Below are positions 1 through 12,279 of a stretch of 45,690 nucleotides of DNA, in pieces. The notes below the pieces were generated by a model. It saw only the letters and a list, made by a program, of their open reading frames with translations, ran no database searches and was not told the origin of the DNA. A program made the translations under genes and the position numbers. The first letter of the stretch is position 1. Each line of letters begins with the position of its first letter. The stretch spans positions 1 through 45,690 of the forward strand of contig NW_025215364.1 in NCBI RefSeq assembly GCF_004010195.1, written 5' to 3'. The stretch is from Chiloscyllium plagiosum. Lineage: Eukaryota.

Positions 1-1235
1 ATCAGTCGTTACCTTTCAAAATGCGTGAAAATCTATGCCTCATAATCCCCTCCAACAACTTACCCACCACTGACGTCATGCTCACTGGCTTTTCCTTATT
101 GCTCTTCTTAAATCCTTTAAGTAGTGGCATTACGTTAGCCAACCTCCAGTCTTCCAGCACTTTACCTGTGGCTATTGATGATAGCAAAGGGCCCAACCAT
201 CACTTGCCTAGCGTCCCACAGAGATCTAGCGTACATCTAATAAAAGCCAGGACATTTTCCTTCCTTTGCATGTTTTAAGACCTCCAGCAGCTCCTTTGTA
301 ATACAGGCACTTTCCGAGATGTCACTACTTATTTCCCAAATTCTCTAGCTTCCATATCATCCTGCACAGTAAATACTGATGCAAAATATTCGTTCAGTAC
401 CTCCCCGTTCCCTGTGGTTCCTTGCTGATCTTTAAGGATGTTGTATTCTTTCCACAGTTACTCTTTTGTTCTTGGCGTATTTGTAGAAGCCAAAGCTATT
501 TCCCCTTGTTATAATCCCAATTTCCCTCTTAAGTATACTCTTGTTGCCTTCAGATTCTTATATTGATTCACTTTAAATCAGGAATTAAGATACTAATGAT
601 GACCATTCCGATTGTCGGAAAAATCCATCTGGTTTACTGACCCCCTTTAAGGAAACAAACTGCCATTCTTACCTGATGTGGCCTACATGTGACTCCAGAC
701 CCACAGCAATGTGGTTGACTATTAACTGCCCTCCGGGCAATTAGGGATGGGTAACAAATGCTTGCCTAGCCAACGACGCCCTCATCCCGTGAATGCATTA
801 AGAGAAAAAAAATGCTCAATTTCTGCTGTCTACACCTGACATATGCTTCCCTTGTATCTGTGACCAGAACCTCAATTTCTCCAATCCTTCAGCATGCCTT
901 ACACATACCAGCCTTACCCTTCACCCTAACAGGGACATACTGTCTCTGTACTCCTGACATCTCATTTTTGAAGGCTTCCCACTTCTCAACTGACTCCCTT
1001 CTCTGCGAATATCTGTCCCAATCGACTTTGGAAAATTATTGATTAATATGATCAAAATTGGCTTTTCAACAATTTACAATTTTAAGTTTTAGAATTGGTT
1101 CACACTTTTCCATCTCTATTTTAAAACTAATAGAATTATGATGACTTGCTGAAAGTACTCCCCCATTGATATCACAACCACACCCTTCCCACTGCCTTAT
1201 TTCCCAAGGATAAGGTGACGTTTAGCTCCTTCTCT
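1..1235 (-). mobile_element. CR1 LINE ORF2 remnant, interrupted by a SINE at 578-811
   Basis: ORF 2..196 reads EDWRLANVMPLLK...KPVSMTSVVGKLLEGIMR, the typical CR1 pre-RT motif. Degenerate CR1 sequence continues to about 1235. Confidence 0.85.
578..811 (+). mobile_element. 5'-truncated shark tRNA-derived SINE (non-HE1 family)
   Basis: Contains ggcctacatgtgactccagacccacagcaatgtgg and ends in an A-rich tail. Homologous to copies at about 10100, 20950 (minus) and 36800. Confidence 0.8.
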
Positions 1236-1622
1236 GTGATGGAGAGCATTGGTCAAGCAGCTATAGCGTTGTAACTGGGAATGGGGTCAACAGAGTCTTC
1301 GACTCATTGGGTAGAATCTAACAATAATTTGTCTCAGTGACATTTTCATTCAGTGTGATGAGGATTATCTGCATGAGGCTGAGTTAGTTTCCTGGTGTGA
1401 TCTTATTAAACTCACCTCATTAACTACCCATGCCACCCCATGGAGTCCCTCTCATTCAATGCCAGCCCGATTCTCCCACCCATCATGGCTGGAGGTACTC
1501 ACCATTGCCCAGATGCCCCCAATACTCCGTGACCCCTGGTATTGGTGCCATCTTTAAAAGGCCAATGAGCACATGGTTGAGCTTTCTCAGGTTGGAGCTG
1601 CCCTGCACAGTTTATCCTGAGC

Positions 1623-1822
1623 ATGGCAGATAAGGGGCAATTACACAGCAGTTTATCCACAGGGGCACGGAGGGCCTTGTGGATGGGCTAGTACAGAGGG
1701 GGGAAATTCTCCACCCAGATGGGGGCCATACCACCAGACCCACCAAGCATAGTCTGAGCTCAGTGAAGTAACTGCGGTCTGAAGAAATGTCCAGCAATAC
1801 AGACAAGCATTAATAACCTACC
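1623..1822 (+). mobile_element. Degenerate Myb/SANT-like DNA-binding ORF, probably from a PIF/Harbinger transposon
   Basis: My translation from 1649 gives QFIHRGTEGLVDGLVQRGEILHPDG, then frameshifted HQTHQA*SEL and RNVQQYRQ/INNL. This matches the RF..LEVLV..V..R..IL / AW.EV / R...QCRK..NDL pattern. Confidence 0.6.
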
Positions 1823-2803
1823 CCACTCTGTCAGCATAAGGCTCACCATATTTTCTCTCCTCCCTCACTGTGTATGTCTCTTATAACACCTACCCCTGAA
1901 CAAGACTTATGCTGCATCACTCTCATTGCTGCTTGCAGCACCTTCCCTTCTTCTCTCTTTCCCCTCTACCTTTACTAATAGCACTGCATGGATACAACAC
2001 TGTTGACTGAATCCCTTTGGACACGTCACCATCTCCTCCCCACCCACCTACACAAGCACTAACAGCAGAGTCATCCACTTCCACCCCCACTCCATCCTTC
2101 TTCATCTCCTATGCCAGGAGAACCAGCTTGGAAAAGGATAGAAGGGGCCAAGCCAGGTGGTGGAGTGGCCGATGTCCATCTCCCCCCAACCCCTGTAGCT
2201 GTGTGTCTGTATTTGTCTCTGTGAGTATCTGTGTGAGGTTGCAGGTCTGGCAGTCTCTGTGGTGCTTAAAATAACACAATCTCTCTCTCAGCTGGCCTCC
2301 ACACCCTACTGCTGTGATAGTGGCAGAGGGTGATAACTTTGAGGATTCAGTCTGGGTGGGAGAGAGGGCAGCATCTCACAGCACCATCCAAACTGACCGC
2401 ACCATCAACACACACAAATACGATGCTGGTAAATGGAGGGTTGCAAAAAAAGTTGGGCTTGTCAGAATAGAAATGCTCACCTCCGAGTGAACCATTTTGT
2501 CAGGAGATGAGATGACTTGATTTCTCATTCTGTGACTTGCAATGCTTAAAAATATGTGATAAAGTAATACAAAGTCCAGAAAAAGGACCAGTAGTGTTAG
2601 TAATGATGCAGGAACAACATCGTTTGGTATCAGACAAAACTTCTCTGTGCTTCCAAAGGTATTATTCGAAAAATCAAACGACCGTGCAATTTGAGAGATT
2701 CACAGCAAAAGATTTGTTATCTTCTCAGAGTCAAAAACTGTGCCACCGACGCACTGGCGTGGGGAGGCCAGCAGAGGGTAGTATTGTATGAATCAAATCA
2801 TAA

Positions 2804-3106
2804 GACTCAGTGGTTCACACTATTGCCTCACAGCGTGAGGGATCCGGGCTCGATTCCCCCCGTGTGTGCGTGGGTTTCCACTGGGTGCTCTGGTTTCCAC
2901 CCACAGTCCAATGATGTGGATGTTATGTGAATTGGACATGTTAAATTGTCCATAGTGCCCAGGGATGTGTAGGTTAGGGGTATTAGTCAGGGGTAAACGT
3001 AGGATAGCATTTGAACGGGTCTGGGTGGGTTACTCTTCGAAGAGTCAGTATGGACCTGTTGGATCGATGGGCCTGTACACATACTGTAGCGATTCTATGA
3101 ACTCTA
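2804..3106 (+). mobile_element. HE1-type V-SINE
   Basis: tRNA-like head (gactcagtggtt...gggctcgattcc), V-domain gcgtgggtttccactgggtgctctggtttcc, CR1-derived tail ending gattctatga. Confidence 0.88.
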
Positions 3107-3369
3107 TGTACAACAGGGACAGACAGAGAGAGAGGAGGAGGGAGACTTTGGTTCCAATTTCAATCTATTTACTTCAAAAACAACATTGAACAGCGATGCA
3201 GACAGAGGTACACACAAACTGAGATACTGACACTAACACACATATCACAGGCCTACAGAGATATGCACGTAGATATGGACGTTTACACACAAACACACGA
3301 ACATAACCCCACATACAGGCACACACTGTCTTTAATACAGAGATGTATACTTTTTTTTATTAATTAGTT

Positions 3370-5270
3370 ATCAATGTTCAGTCGGAGAAGGCAGGAGAAT
3401 GGGATTCAGAAATATTTTAACCGTGATTAAATGTCATGGCAGACCAGATGGGCTGAATGGCCTAAGTCTGCTCCAGGGTTCATTGCTCATATGATCTTGT
3501 GGTGCATGGAATTGTCTTTCCACGAGGTCAGTGGAGGCTGAATTTGGTAAGCATTTGATTTAGGAGAGTTATTGGGAAAGTGGACACGTTTGAGGGGCTG
3601 AGTAGTTGATATCTGTCTCTAATTGTCGACTCCTTATATATCAAAAGAGTGGTGATTGGTTTGAGGGGAACACATTTTTAGAATAAGGGCATTCCCATTT
3701 CTGCCTGAGACTGGGATGTTTGTTTCTCTTTCGGGTTGTGTGATCTGTGATGTTCTTGTGCCCAAGGAGCAGTGAAGACTGGGTTACTGAAAACACTCAA
3801 GGCTGAGTTCCATAGATCTTTGATGAACAAGATAATCCATGTTTACTGGGAACACACAGGAAAGGGATGGTTAGTTACAATCACATCAACAATGCACATT
3901 CTGAATGGTGCAGCAGGCGCGAGGAGCTGAATGGCCAGCTGTTGCTCCTAACGCATGTGTTGTTCTCTCAAGCACTCTGTAATATAACAGACGTAAAAGA
4001 AGATCCCATTCAGCCAGTCAGCATCATTATAAAGAGACAGGAGGAGACCATTCTGCCCTCTAAGGATTTATGCAGGAATAGATTGAAGTCATTCAGCCCG
4101 CTAAGTATATTACACAGCATAAGATGAGGCCATCCAACCTTTCTAGCCTGCTGCCCAGCAAAGGTTAAACCCGTTAAACTATCAGGGAATAAACATTCGG
4201 GATAAATGTTTATTTTAAGGTTGTAAAGTTGTAACTTGATGGAGTGTCTCAGGGATCAGTGTGACATTATCAACTATTTACAATCTATACCAATGACTTG
4301 GATGAGAGGACTGATTGGCTTGGAGCTCAATTAGCTCATTCACCAAGATAGCCATTTATTTGGACATGGAGACTCTGCAATGGGATACAGACAGGGCAGG
4401 TTAGTGAGCAAACCTTTAGCACAAAACAGTACAATGTGGATTAAGGGAAGTCAGTGTTGCGTTGAACAGACAAAATAACAGTAATCTACTTAAATGGAGA
4501 AACATTGATGAAATCATTGGTACAGAGGGATTTGTGTATCCCGGTACATGAGCCACATAAATCGAGTCAGCAGATTCAGCAAGTGATTAGGAAAGTGTAG
4601 TGAATAACACTGTTTCATGCAAAGGCTATTGGGTATAATCATCGGGATGTTTTACTGCATCTGTATATGGCAATGCTGAGACTACATCGAATATATTGTG
4701 TGTAGTAATGAACCCCGAAATTGAAAGAAAAATATGCAATTGTCTTAGAAGCTTTTCACAGATGTTCCACTTTACTCTTTGCTAGAATGAGGGCCAGATG
4801 GAATCATAGTGTCATACAACATGGAAACAGACTCTTCAGTCCAGCTCATCTGCACCGACCAGATATAGTATACTATATCTGATATAATATAGTATAGTAT
4901 ATCTGATATAGTACCATTTGCCAACATTAGACCCATAACCACCTAAACCCTTCTTATTCATACACCCATCCATTGTCTCTTAATTGTTGTAATTGTACCA
5001 GCCTCCACCATTTTAGCTGCTAGCTCATTCCATAGACGCATGACCCTCTGTGTAAAAAAAAAAGGTATCTTTTTCATCTTTCCCCCTCACCTTAAATCAT
5101 TACCCTCTGGTTTAGACTCCTCTTGCCTTGGAAAATAACCTTGGCTGTTTCCCGTGTCCATGCCCCTCATGGCCTGTACAAAGTCAGAGCATGTCAGGCC
5201 TGAGAACGAGAGATGTTTATATTGAACCATATAAGACCGTGACGAGAGTTTATTGGAGGGTAGCTAATGG
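3370..5270. mobile_element. Cluster of old CR1 fragments (3' tails and RT C-terminal parts; plus strand 3370-4800, minus strand 4800-5170)
   Basis: Repeated gggctgaatggcct tail motifs, degenerate RT sequence at 4200-4790 and a reverse CR1 3' end at 4801-5170. Confidence 0.7.
3987..4150 (+). repeat. Degenerate ~42-bp tandem array (about 4 units)
   Basis: Recurring cattcagccc-like core at about 41-42 bp spacing. Confidence 0.55.
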
Positions 5271-5887
5271 ATGAGAGAATAAAAGTAAGAATTCAGTTTT
5301 AGAAAATGACATATTCATTTTAACACAGGTACTATAAAGACATGAATTTATTGTACAAAATTATGTAGACACGTATAAACATACCTTCAAATTATAAATT
5401 ACAAATCATTCCAAAATGGAGCAGTTAACAGGGATGGAGTCATGCAATCAGGGGAATGCTCAACCAGACCTGATATAGTCCAGGTTGGTGGTCGGGTCAC
5501 ATTATTGCATGTTTCAGATTAGAGAGGGAGAAATTGTAACCTGTCGTAGAAGCAAACGGTCATTGCTCCATCTTGACTTGTACTTTTCCACAGCAACATG
5601 TCAGAGCTGAAAACCAATCAGCCATCTTTCCCTCTTAAGGAGGGTTCCTGTTGAGGATTCATTGGAATCTCTCCACTGCCTGCAGAAAAGGGAATTCAGC
5701 CAAATGCAACTGTTCCAGGAGGAAACCCCATTGCTAGTAACTTCTGTGAGGCAAAATAACTTTAAAGGCAGAATAACAATTGAATCATTTTCAATTTTGT
5801 TTTTGTCATGAAATTAAATGTTACTTGGACAAAGCTCTTTCGAATTAATATACTGCAGAGTTTCATTTATTTCCGTTTGCCTTCAAA

Positions 5888-5930
5888 CGTGTGTGTGTGT
5901 GTGTATGTGTTTGCATGTGTGTGTGTTTGC
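5888..5930 (+). repeat. Interrupted (TG)n microsatellite
   Basis: Direct observation. Confidence 0.85.
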
Positions 5931-7189
5931 GTTTCTTTGTGCATGTTTCTGTGTCTCAGATTTATAGAATAATAAATGTTGATGTACATATTGTCAATGT
6001 CCAAACTGTATATCATTTATGCATCCATCGTATTTCGAGTAACTTTGCTTTGGTTTTAGATTAGTTATTTTTACAAATTTAAGAACCAGTCTGACTTGTT
6101 CCTAACATTGAACCTGACACAGTCTGAGACAGATATCATTTACCATACCACACACTTAGTTACACTGATAATTTGTTGTGAAGTCTGGAGGAATGGGACT
6201 AGAAAAAGAAACACTGACTCTCTACCCTCGGTAGGAACAGGGATAAGGGAGAAATTCTCAAAAGGCCATTTGAGTGGGAATTCTCTGCCCCACAGGTTTA
6301 TGGTACCTGTGTGTTTGCATTTATTCAAAGGTGTGTTAGTTAAATATTTGACTCAAGGACAATGAACTGCAGATAGGACCGTGGAGCTGAGACCACAATC
6401 TGATGAGCCACAATCTTAGTGCCTGGTTGGACAGGGACCCACTCCTGTCCCTCAGTCCCTCAATCTGCTACTCAGGAGCAGTTGGAGACGACTTGCTCCT
6501 ACTACCTGGTGCACAGAAACTGAGGTGACATTTCAGCACCTGAATACAAACAATTTGGTGTGGATTGGAAAACGTTCTTGGGAAGAAGAGTGTGTGTTAC
6601 TGTGAAACATTTCACTCCTCTCTCTTTACTGAAGTTCCCCTGGCTTCATTTATTTGTCATGTTGTAGATCTAGATTCACAGTGAATAATGCCCCCATACT
6701 GTACTCAGATATTTCTCACAAAATCCTCTGGTATCTTTGATACAACATTCCTTCACAGAACATCCAGTAAAATAACAACAATGAACCTTTCAATAACAGA
6801 ATGCAAGAACATTAGAAGTAGGAGTACGTCATTTAGCACCTACAGCTTGTCTTTCCCTTCAATAGGATCATGGCTGATCTGCTCTGGGCGCCAAATTCTG
6901 CGGTGCCTGCCGTGTCAAACATCCATCTATCCCTGTCTTCCAACTATCTCAGTGATCTATCTCCCCTTCCTCTGTGGAATAGAGACGTCTCGACAGTCAC
7001 TTCCCTTTGTGAGAAGGAAACACACCGCACACTTATACTGTGATCTATTGACATCAACAAAATATATTTAAAAACGGGTAAGAGTGACTGGCCCTGACAA
7101 CGAGGCAGTGTTTAACTGAGGATGGTATAAAGGCACCTGAAGAAATGGAACTTAATGAAAATCAAGGGTAACCTCCCCACCGGTTGGAG

Positions 7190-7480
7190 TGATTGGAGAA
7201 AATGTTTGTGGTTCTTCGACATGTACCACCTCAGTTCCAGGACATCTCTGCAGGAGACCCATACATAAACATCCTCAGTTGCCCCTCAGTGTTTTCCCCC
7301 CATCATAACCCCAGAAGTGGAGATGGTGACTGAAGATCACATATTGTTCTGAACAATGTGTCCCCCTCAGCTCCTGAAGCAGTCTGTGTCCATGAGCAGG
7401 AAGACCCGGACAGCATTCAAGCTAGTGCTGCTGGAGTGTCGGTAACATTCATGCAACAGCCCTGCTGGACACTGTGCATT
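7190..7480 (+). mobile_element. Old CR1/L2-group LINE RT fragment (paralogous copy at about 39070-39480, minus)
   Basis: Degenerate RT core region (cagaagtggagatggtgactgaagatcac, corresponding to the FADD motif), shared with the inverted copy. Confidence 0.6.
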
Positions 7481-7525
7481 ATCACAGTAAAGGGAGGCAC
7501 ACATTCAACACCTCAAGCTCACTTC

Positions 7526-7777
7526 ACAGGAATATGAGGAGGTCATTCAGCCCATCAATACTATTGGATAAGAATAGGAATAGCCCATTTATTCCCTCCT
7601 GACTATTATACAGGAAGATAAGGAGCCCAGTCCAACACATTGAGCTGTTAAACAGGAACCGGGGTTGCCCAATCAGGCTCTTGATCTTCTCCCATGACAT
7701 CAGGAAGCAGCCATTCAGCCCGTCAAGCATCTTGTACAGAAATGGGAGGATATTATCGACGACCCAACATGACAAAC
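7526..7777 (+). repeat. Degenerate tandem array, 6 x 42 bp
   Basis: Units start at 7526, 7568, 7610, 7652, 7694 and 7736, with consensus core ccattcagccc. Confidence 0.8.
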
Positions 7778-8169
7778 CAATGAAACAGAGACTGCACGGA
7801 TAGCCTGCTCCTTACCGTTCTTCCTGGCTCCATTGCTAATGGTACACAATGGATACATTAATGTGGTTTGTTGATGGTGAGGAGGGAGGACATCTCCGAG
7901 AAGGCAGACCGGTATTCCCTATGGTGGTCAGAGCTGTTGGGATTGGCTAACTTTTTCAGGAGTTAGGCATTGTAGCTGCTGACAGATTTGTGAACAATGT
8001 GACTGTCAGGATCACGCACCAACTGCACATTGAGGTGGGGAGAGTTCATTCAGAGCCTGAAGCTCTCTCTCTCTCAATCAACATGGGAGCCCCACAGAGG
8101 TACATAAACCACCAAGAAGCACGTACCATGGGCAAAATGTAATTTCTCATGCGAACAATATCTTTCTCT

Positions 8170-9420
8170 GGACATAATGTGTGTTCGTCCATGACCTTCA
8201 AGTTTCAATGCAGTCACTGTGCTACAAATAAAACATCCATTTCCTTCACACTCTCTTCATGTTGCCATCATCCCAGTGATTATTCTGATAAAACAGCTTA
8301 GCACTGCCTCTCTTGATTTATAAAGGAGAGAAAGTCTGTCCACAATAGCCCAAATACTGCCTCAACAACACTCCACAGCTCCTACACATGATTCAGTTTC
8401 TAATGAAGGCTGACATTCCATTTCCTGCCCTGATTAATAGATGCCCTGCATGAATTCTGTTCGTGACTTATGACCAAGGACATCCAAGTGGGTCTGGGTG
8501 CAATGATCTTGATCTTCTCCCATGACATCAGGAGGCAGCCATTGATGCGAAAAGCACTTCCCAACCACTCACCTTCTAATAAATCCCACATGAAAATGAC
8601 TGTATGTGTTGTTCCCATTCAAATCACTTTTTTGTGTTACAAATAGCGGTGTTCCAAGCACTGATGCATGTGATATCCAATCAGTCGTGGCCTTCTGTCC
8701 AAAGGAGGACCCTAGTCTCTGTGTTCTCTCCATCATCCAATTCTCAATCCGTGCAGGAAATCTCCCAATTACCCAAGGACTGTAACGTTCTTCACTCACC
8801 TGTGTGCAACCGTGTCAACCTTCTTCTGAAAATTCAAATACGCCATTCCCACTAGTTCCCAACACGTGAATGCCACAACCAACATCCTCCATAAACTCCA
8901 GTACGTTTTTCAAAGATAGTTCTCCAGTCATGAGTCTAGGTTGACGCTGCTCCATCATATCATTGTTCTCCAATGATCAACTTATAATTAATTCCAAAAA
9001 TTGCTCATAGTTTCCTCACTAATGACATTAACCTATCCCCCAGTTGGTCTTCTGTTTTCACCCTGTTGTAAATATTTGTGGTCATAATAGCTGCTTTCCA
9101 GTCTGCAGGATCCTTTAGACTGTAAAGAGCTTTGAGCTCCTTATATATTTAAGGAAAAGGCAGGAGAGAGCGAGGCCATTAATCCATCGTGTCTGCATCA
9201 TCTCCGAAAAGAGTTATCCAGGAAACTCAATTCTCCAACCCTATCACTGTTGCCCTCTAAATTCATCACTCATCTGGTCCAGCAGCTTACCAAGCTTCAA
9301 CGCAGTTAATTTTTCCAGCACTTCAACTTTACTACTTCTAAACTTCTAACTTCCTCACTTTCGCCAGTCATCCTTTTCCCTAATATTTCCAAAAAAGATT
9401 TTCCGTTGCTTCCTCTGTTT
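8170..9420 (-). mobile_element. Old CR1 LINE RT fragment
   Basis: ORF 8569..8799 reads ARIENWMMERTQR...SVLGTPLF, which resembles CR1 RT (WIENWL..R.QR...GSVLGP.LF). Confidence 0.75.
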
Positions 9421-9720
9421 GGACAGAACCAATGTATTCACTTCACTGGACAGAGATGGCCTCTGTCACCTCGTGAATACGTGAGAGGATGGAACTCTGG
9501 CATAATGAATATGTCCCCCGCTCTTGCCTGGCAAGTTCCAGAATCAAAAATTGTTGATGGGTATTTTGAGTACAGTCCTCTCCCTGGTGGAAGACTGCAC
9601 AGCTCTGTCACCTCCACATTGTTGAAATAAATTGGCTTCATTCTTTCCACCTGAGAAAGTATACCATTGGGAAATATTTGTGGAAATCTCTGAAAGAATA
9701 AAGCAGTGTCTTGCTCCTCC
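9410..9720 (-). mobile_element. Degenerate HARBI1-like (PIF/Harbinger) transposase N-terminal fragment
   Basis: VEVTELCSL...IFDSGTCQARAGDI, then the shifted frame CQSSILSRIHEVTEAI...SEYI. This matches the Harbinger HTH region (F.ASGSFQ...GD...SQS..SR.I.EVT.A). Confidence 0.7.
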
Positions 9721-10099
9721 CTCTGCAGTCTCTGCAGACCCAGATACGCTGTAAACGTTTTCCCCATAGCTTGCACAGATAGGAACACCAGGCCCTCTGG
9801 TCTCCCTGGATGAATGTAGCAGCTGACAATACTAATCCAAGCAGACCATCCACAGAAACTACACTGACTTGCCAATGTCAGCTGCAAGTCAATACTTGTG
9901 TATATGGCACACCCACTCAGTGTTGAAAATGCCTACCTCTCCTCTGTTTCTCTTCCCGGCTGATAAACTGTTACATTTCTGTGCAGTCCCTGAAGTATGA
10001 ATAGTTCTGCTCTCCTTGGAAATAGTTGACAATGTAACTGCACAATTTTCTGTACATCAGTCACGATAATAGCAACAACTCTACTGATGGTGGAGATGC

Positions 10100-10615
10100 T
10101 GGGGAGGTGATTGCCTAGCGGTATTTTCTCTAGACTATAGATTCTGAGATTTCCACAAATATTTCCCAATGGTATACCTTTCCCAGGCAATGATCCAAAC
10201 CCAGACTTCAATGCCGACATAGTAGATGACGGAATTCGAATTCAATAAAATGTTTGGAAATAACAATCTAATGAAATATTGATGGTTGTCAAAACTAAGA
10301 ACATCTGGCCCACTAGTGTCCTTCAGGGCAGGAAAGTTGCCATCTTCACTGGTCTGGCCTACATGTGAATCCAGACTGCCAGCAGTGGTAGACTCTCAAA
10401 TGCCCTTTGAAATAGCGAAGTCAGATATTCAGTTATAACACTACAAGGTCTCAAAGAAGTGAAACCAGACAGACTGATTCACTGCCAGTTTACAGCACAT
10501 CGAAGTGCAATGGTTCAGAGAGGCAGTTCCCCAGCACCTTCTCAAAAGCAACTCGGAGAGAGACATAAATGTTGGCCCAACCAACATCACCCATGGCCCA
10601 TTAATGAAGAATAGA
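10100..10615 (+). mobile_element. Shark tRNA-derived SINE (same family as 578-811)
   Basis: Head ggaggtgattgcctagcggt, body ggtctggcctacatgtgaatccagac, tail ataaatgttggcc. Confidence 0.75.
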
Positions 10616-11019
10616 AGATGACCACATTCAGGATGGAGAGATAGAGGGGACAGAACTCAATTGAAACAGGGACTTGGATATATACCTACATGGGCATGAT
10701 ACTCAGGAATATGGGAAAAGGTGAAAAATAAATGAAAATGATCTCTCAATTTATTTCCATACCAGCTGATTATCCACAGTCCCTTTGTTTACTTTTTTCT
10801 ATGTCTCAATTTCTCCAAATATTCAACTCAATCCACCAACACATATTACACTATTTCCCAGCTGCTTTCGCATCTGATGCATGGTGAGTGGACTCAAAAT
10901 GCTAACTCTGTTTTTCTCTCGACAGAGGTTGCCAAGCCTGCTCCGTTTCCCCAACATTCTGTTTCTTTTTGTTTCAGAACCCCAATTTTTTTTGTTTGAT
11001 TTAACCTTTATTTTTGTTA

Positions 11020-11230
11020 TTTTATGGGAAATTGGCCCATCGAGTCCACATTGACACTCTGCAGAGCATTGCACCCAGACCCACCTCATACCCATTTCTC
11101 CATTTTCCATGGCTAAACTGCCCCCTACCCTGTCTCTGCGTCTCCCATAGCTAACACACCTAGCTGCACATGATAGGTGATTTAGCATGGTCAATCTACT
11201 GAACCTGTGTGCACTGTGGGAGGAAACTGA
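11020..11230 (-). mobile_element. HE1-type SINE 3' fragment
   Basis: Reverse complement of gtttcctcccacagt...gaccatgctaaat...gggtctgggtg, similar to 2804-3106. Confidence 0.7.
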
Positions 11231-12279
11231 ACCTGACAGAGGTGCATAAGAGCATGAGAGGTATGAGCAGCTGTTCCCCTTAGACAAAGGGTTAAAAACA
11301 AGGTTTAAAATGAAAGACAAGACATTAAGAGAGGGTTTGTGGAATCTGTTTTGAACTCAGATGATGGTTTGTGTCTAGAATGCCTTGCCTGAGAGGGTGG
11401 ATAAGGAAAGTAAATTCACAAACTTTATAAAGCACTTGTATTAGCACTGGATGGTGCAGACTCGATGGGCCTTGTCTTTATTACATGATTCCATGTGGTG
11501 GCAGTCATGAAACCTCTGATACATTCTGAAGCTGCAGCCAATGGGACTTGTTGGTTTGTTCCATCGAACTGTGCTCAGTAAGTGGCGAGATTACAAACCA
11601 ACATCACCCCATGGAATATCAGAACTTACTCAACCTAGGACAGCCCAGCCATCTCTGAAAACATCCAGGATAATTCATATGTTCAGTGCCAGAATCGTCC
11701 AATGACAGCACAAACATTATTCCGGCTGCTTGACACCTTTATTTTAAGGACACCAATAAAATAGAAACAGATTTCACTTCATTATTATATAGACTCCTGC
11801 TGTAAGGTTGCTATTTTTCAGAAGAATAATAAATTCCTTCTCGTATTCGCATTGACAAAGAGTCTGTTTTCCTGCGAGCTGTTCATCACAGCATGGTGGC
11901 TTGTTTAACCAGTAATACTTACTCCCAATTAACCCGGCACATGTGATGCACTGCTGGCACTCCCTCTCCACAGCCACTTGAATGAACCAACACCTACTGG
12001 ACTGGAACTTCTCATGGACAATTAATACTGGTCTAGCTCCATTAAAATCACAAATGAATTGAAAAGACAATCAGATTTTCTATAATTACTGAAAAATGTA
12101 GAGATTTTTATTGAACTGATGAGCTTGTCGCTGTGTCTGAAGTTGTATGATCTATTTCCGTGAAACTATTTCGTGCATATATTGAAAGAACAAAAATCCC
12201 AAGTCACAGATATACGGTAACGCAACATTTAAATGCAAAATGCCAGGCAATAGTAGGCTGCAGATCTTCAGGTAACTGG

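Larger units (their letters stand above)
5275..8050 (-). repeat. Paralogous block, inverted relative to 38440-41090
   Basis: Collinear anchors, e.g. ggaatctctccactgcctg..aaagggaattcagccaaat at about 5664-5705 vs the reverse complement at about 40635-40675. Spurious translations also match: NKCKHTGTINLWGREFPL vs NKCKYPCTTNLWGRDFPL. Confidence 0.85.

Noticed and set aside
2804..2860. tRNA gene (also at about 21140 and 28740)
   Set aside because: The A/B-box-like heads run into SINE bodies and there is no complete cloverleaf.
7526..7777. CRISPR-like repeat-spacer array
   Set aside because: Whole units are degenerate homologues rather than identical repeats with unique spacers, the context is eukaryotic, and there are no cas genes.
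9438..9887. 149-aa ORF as a host gene
   Set aside because: It is better explained as a frameshifted Harbinger transposase relic.
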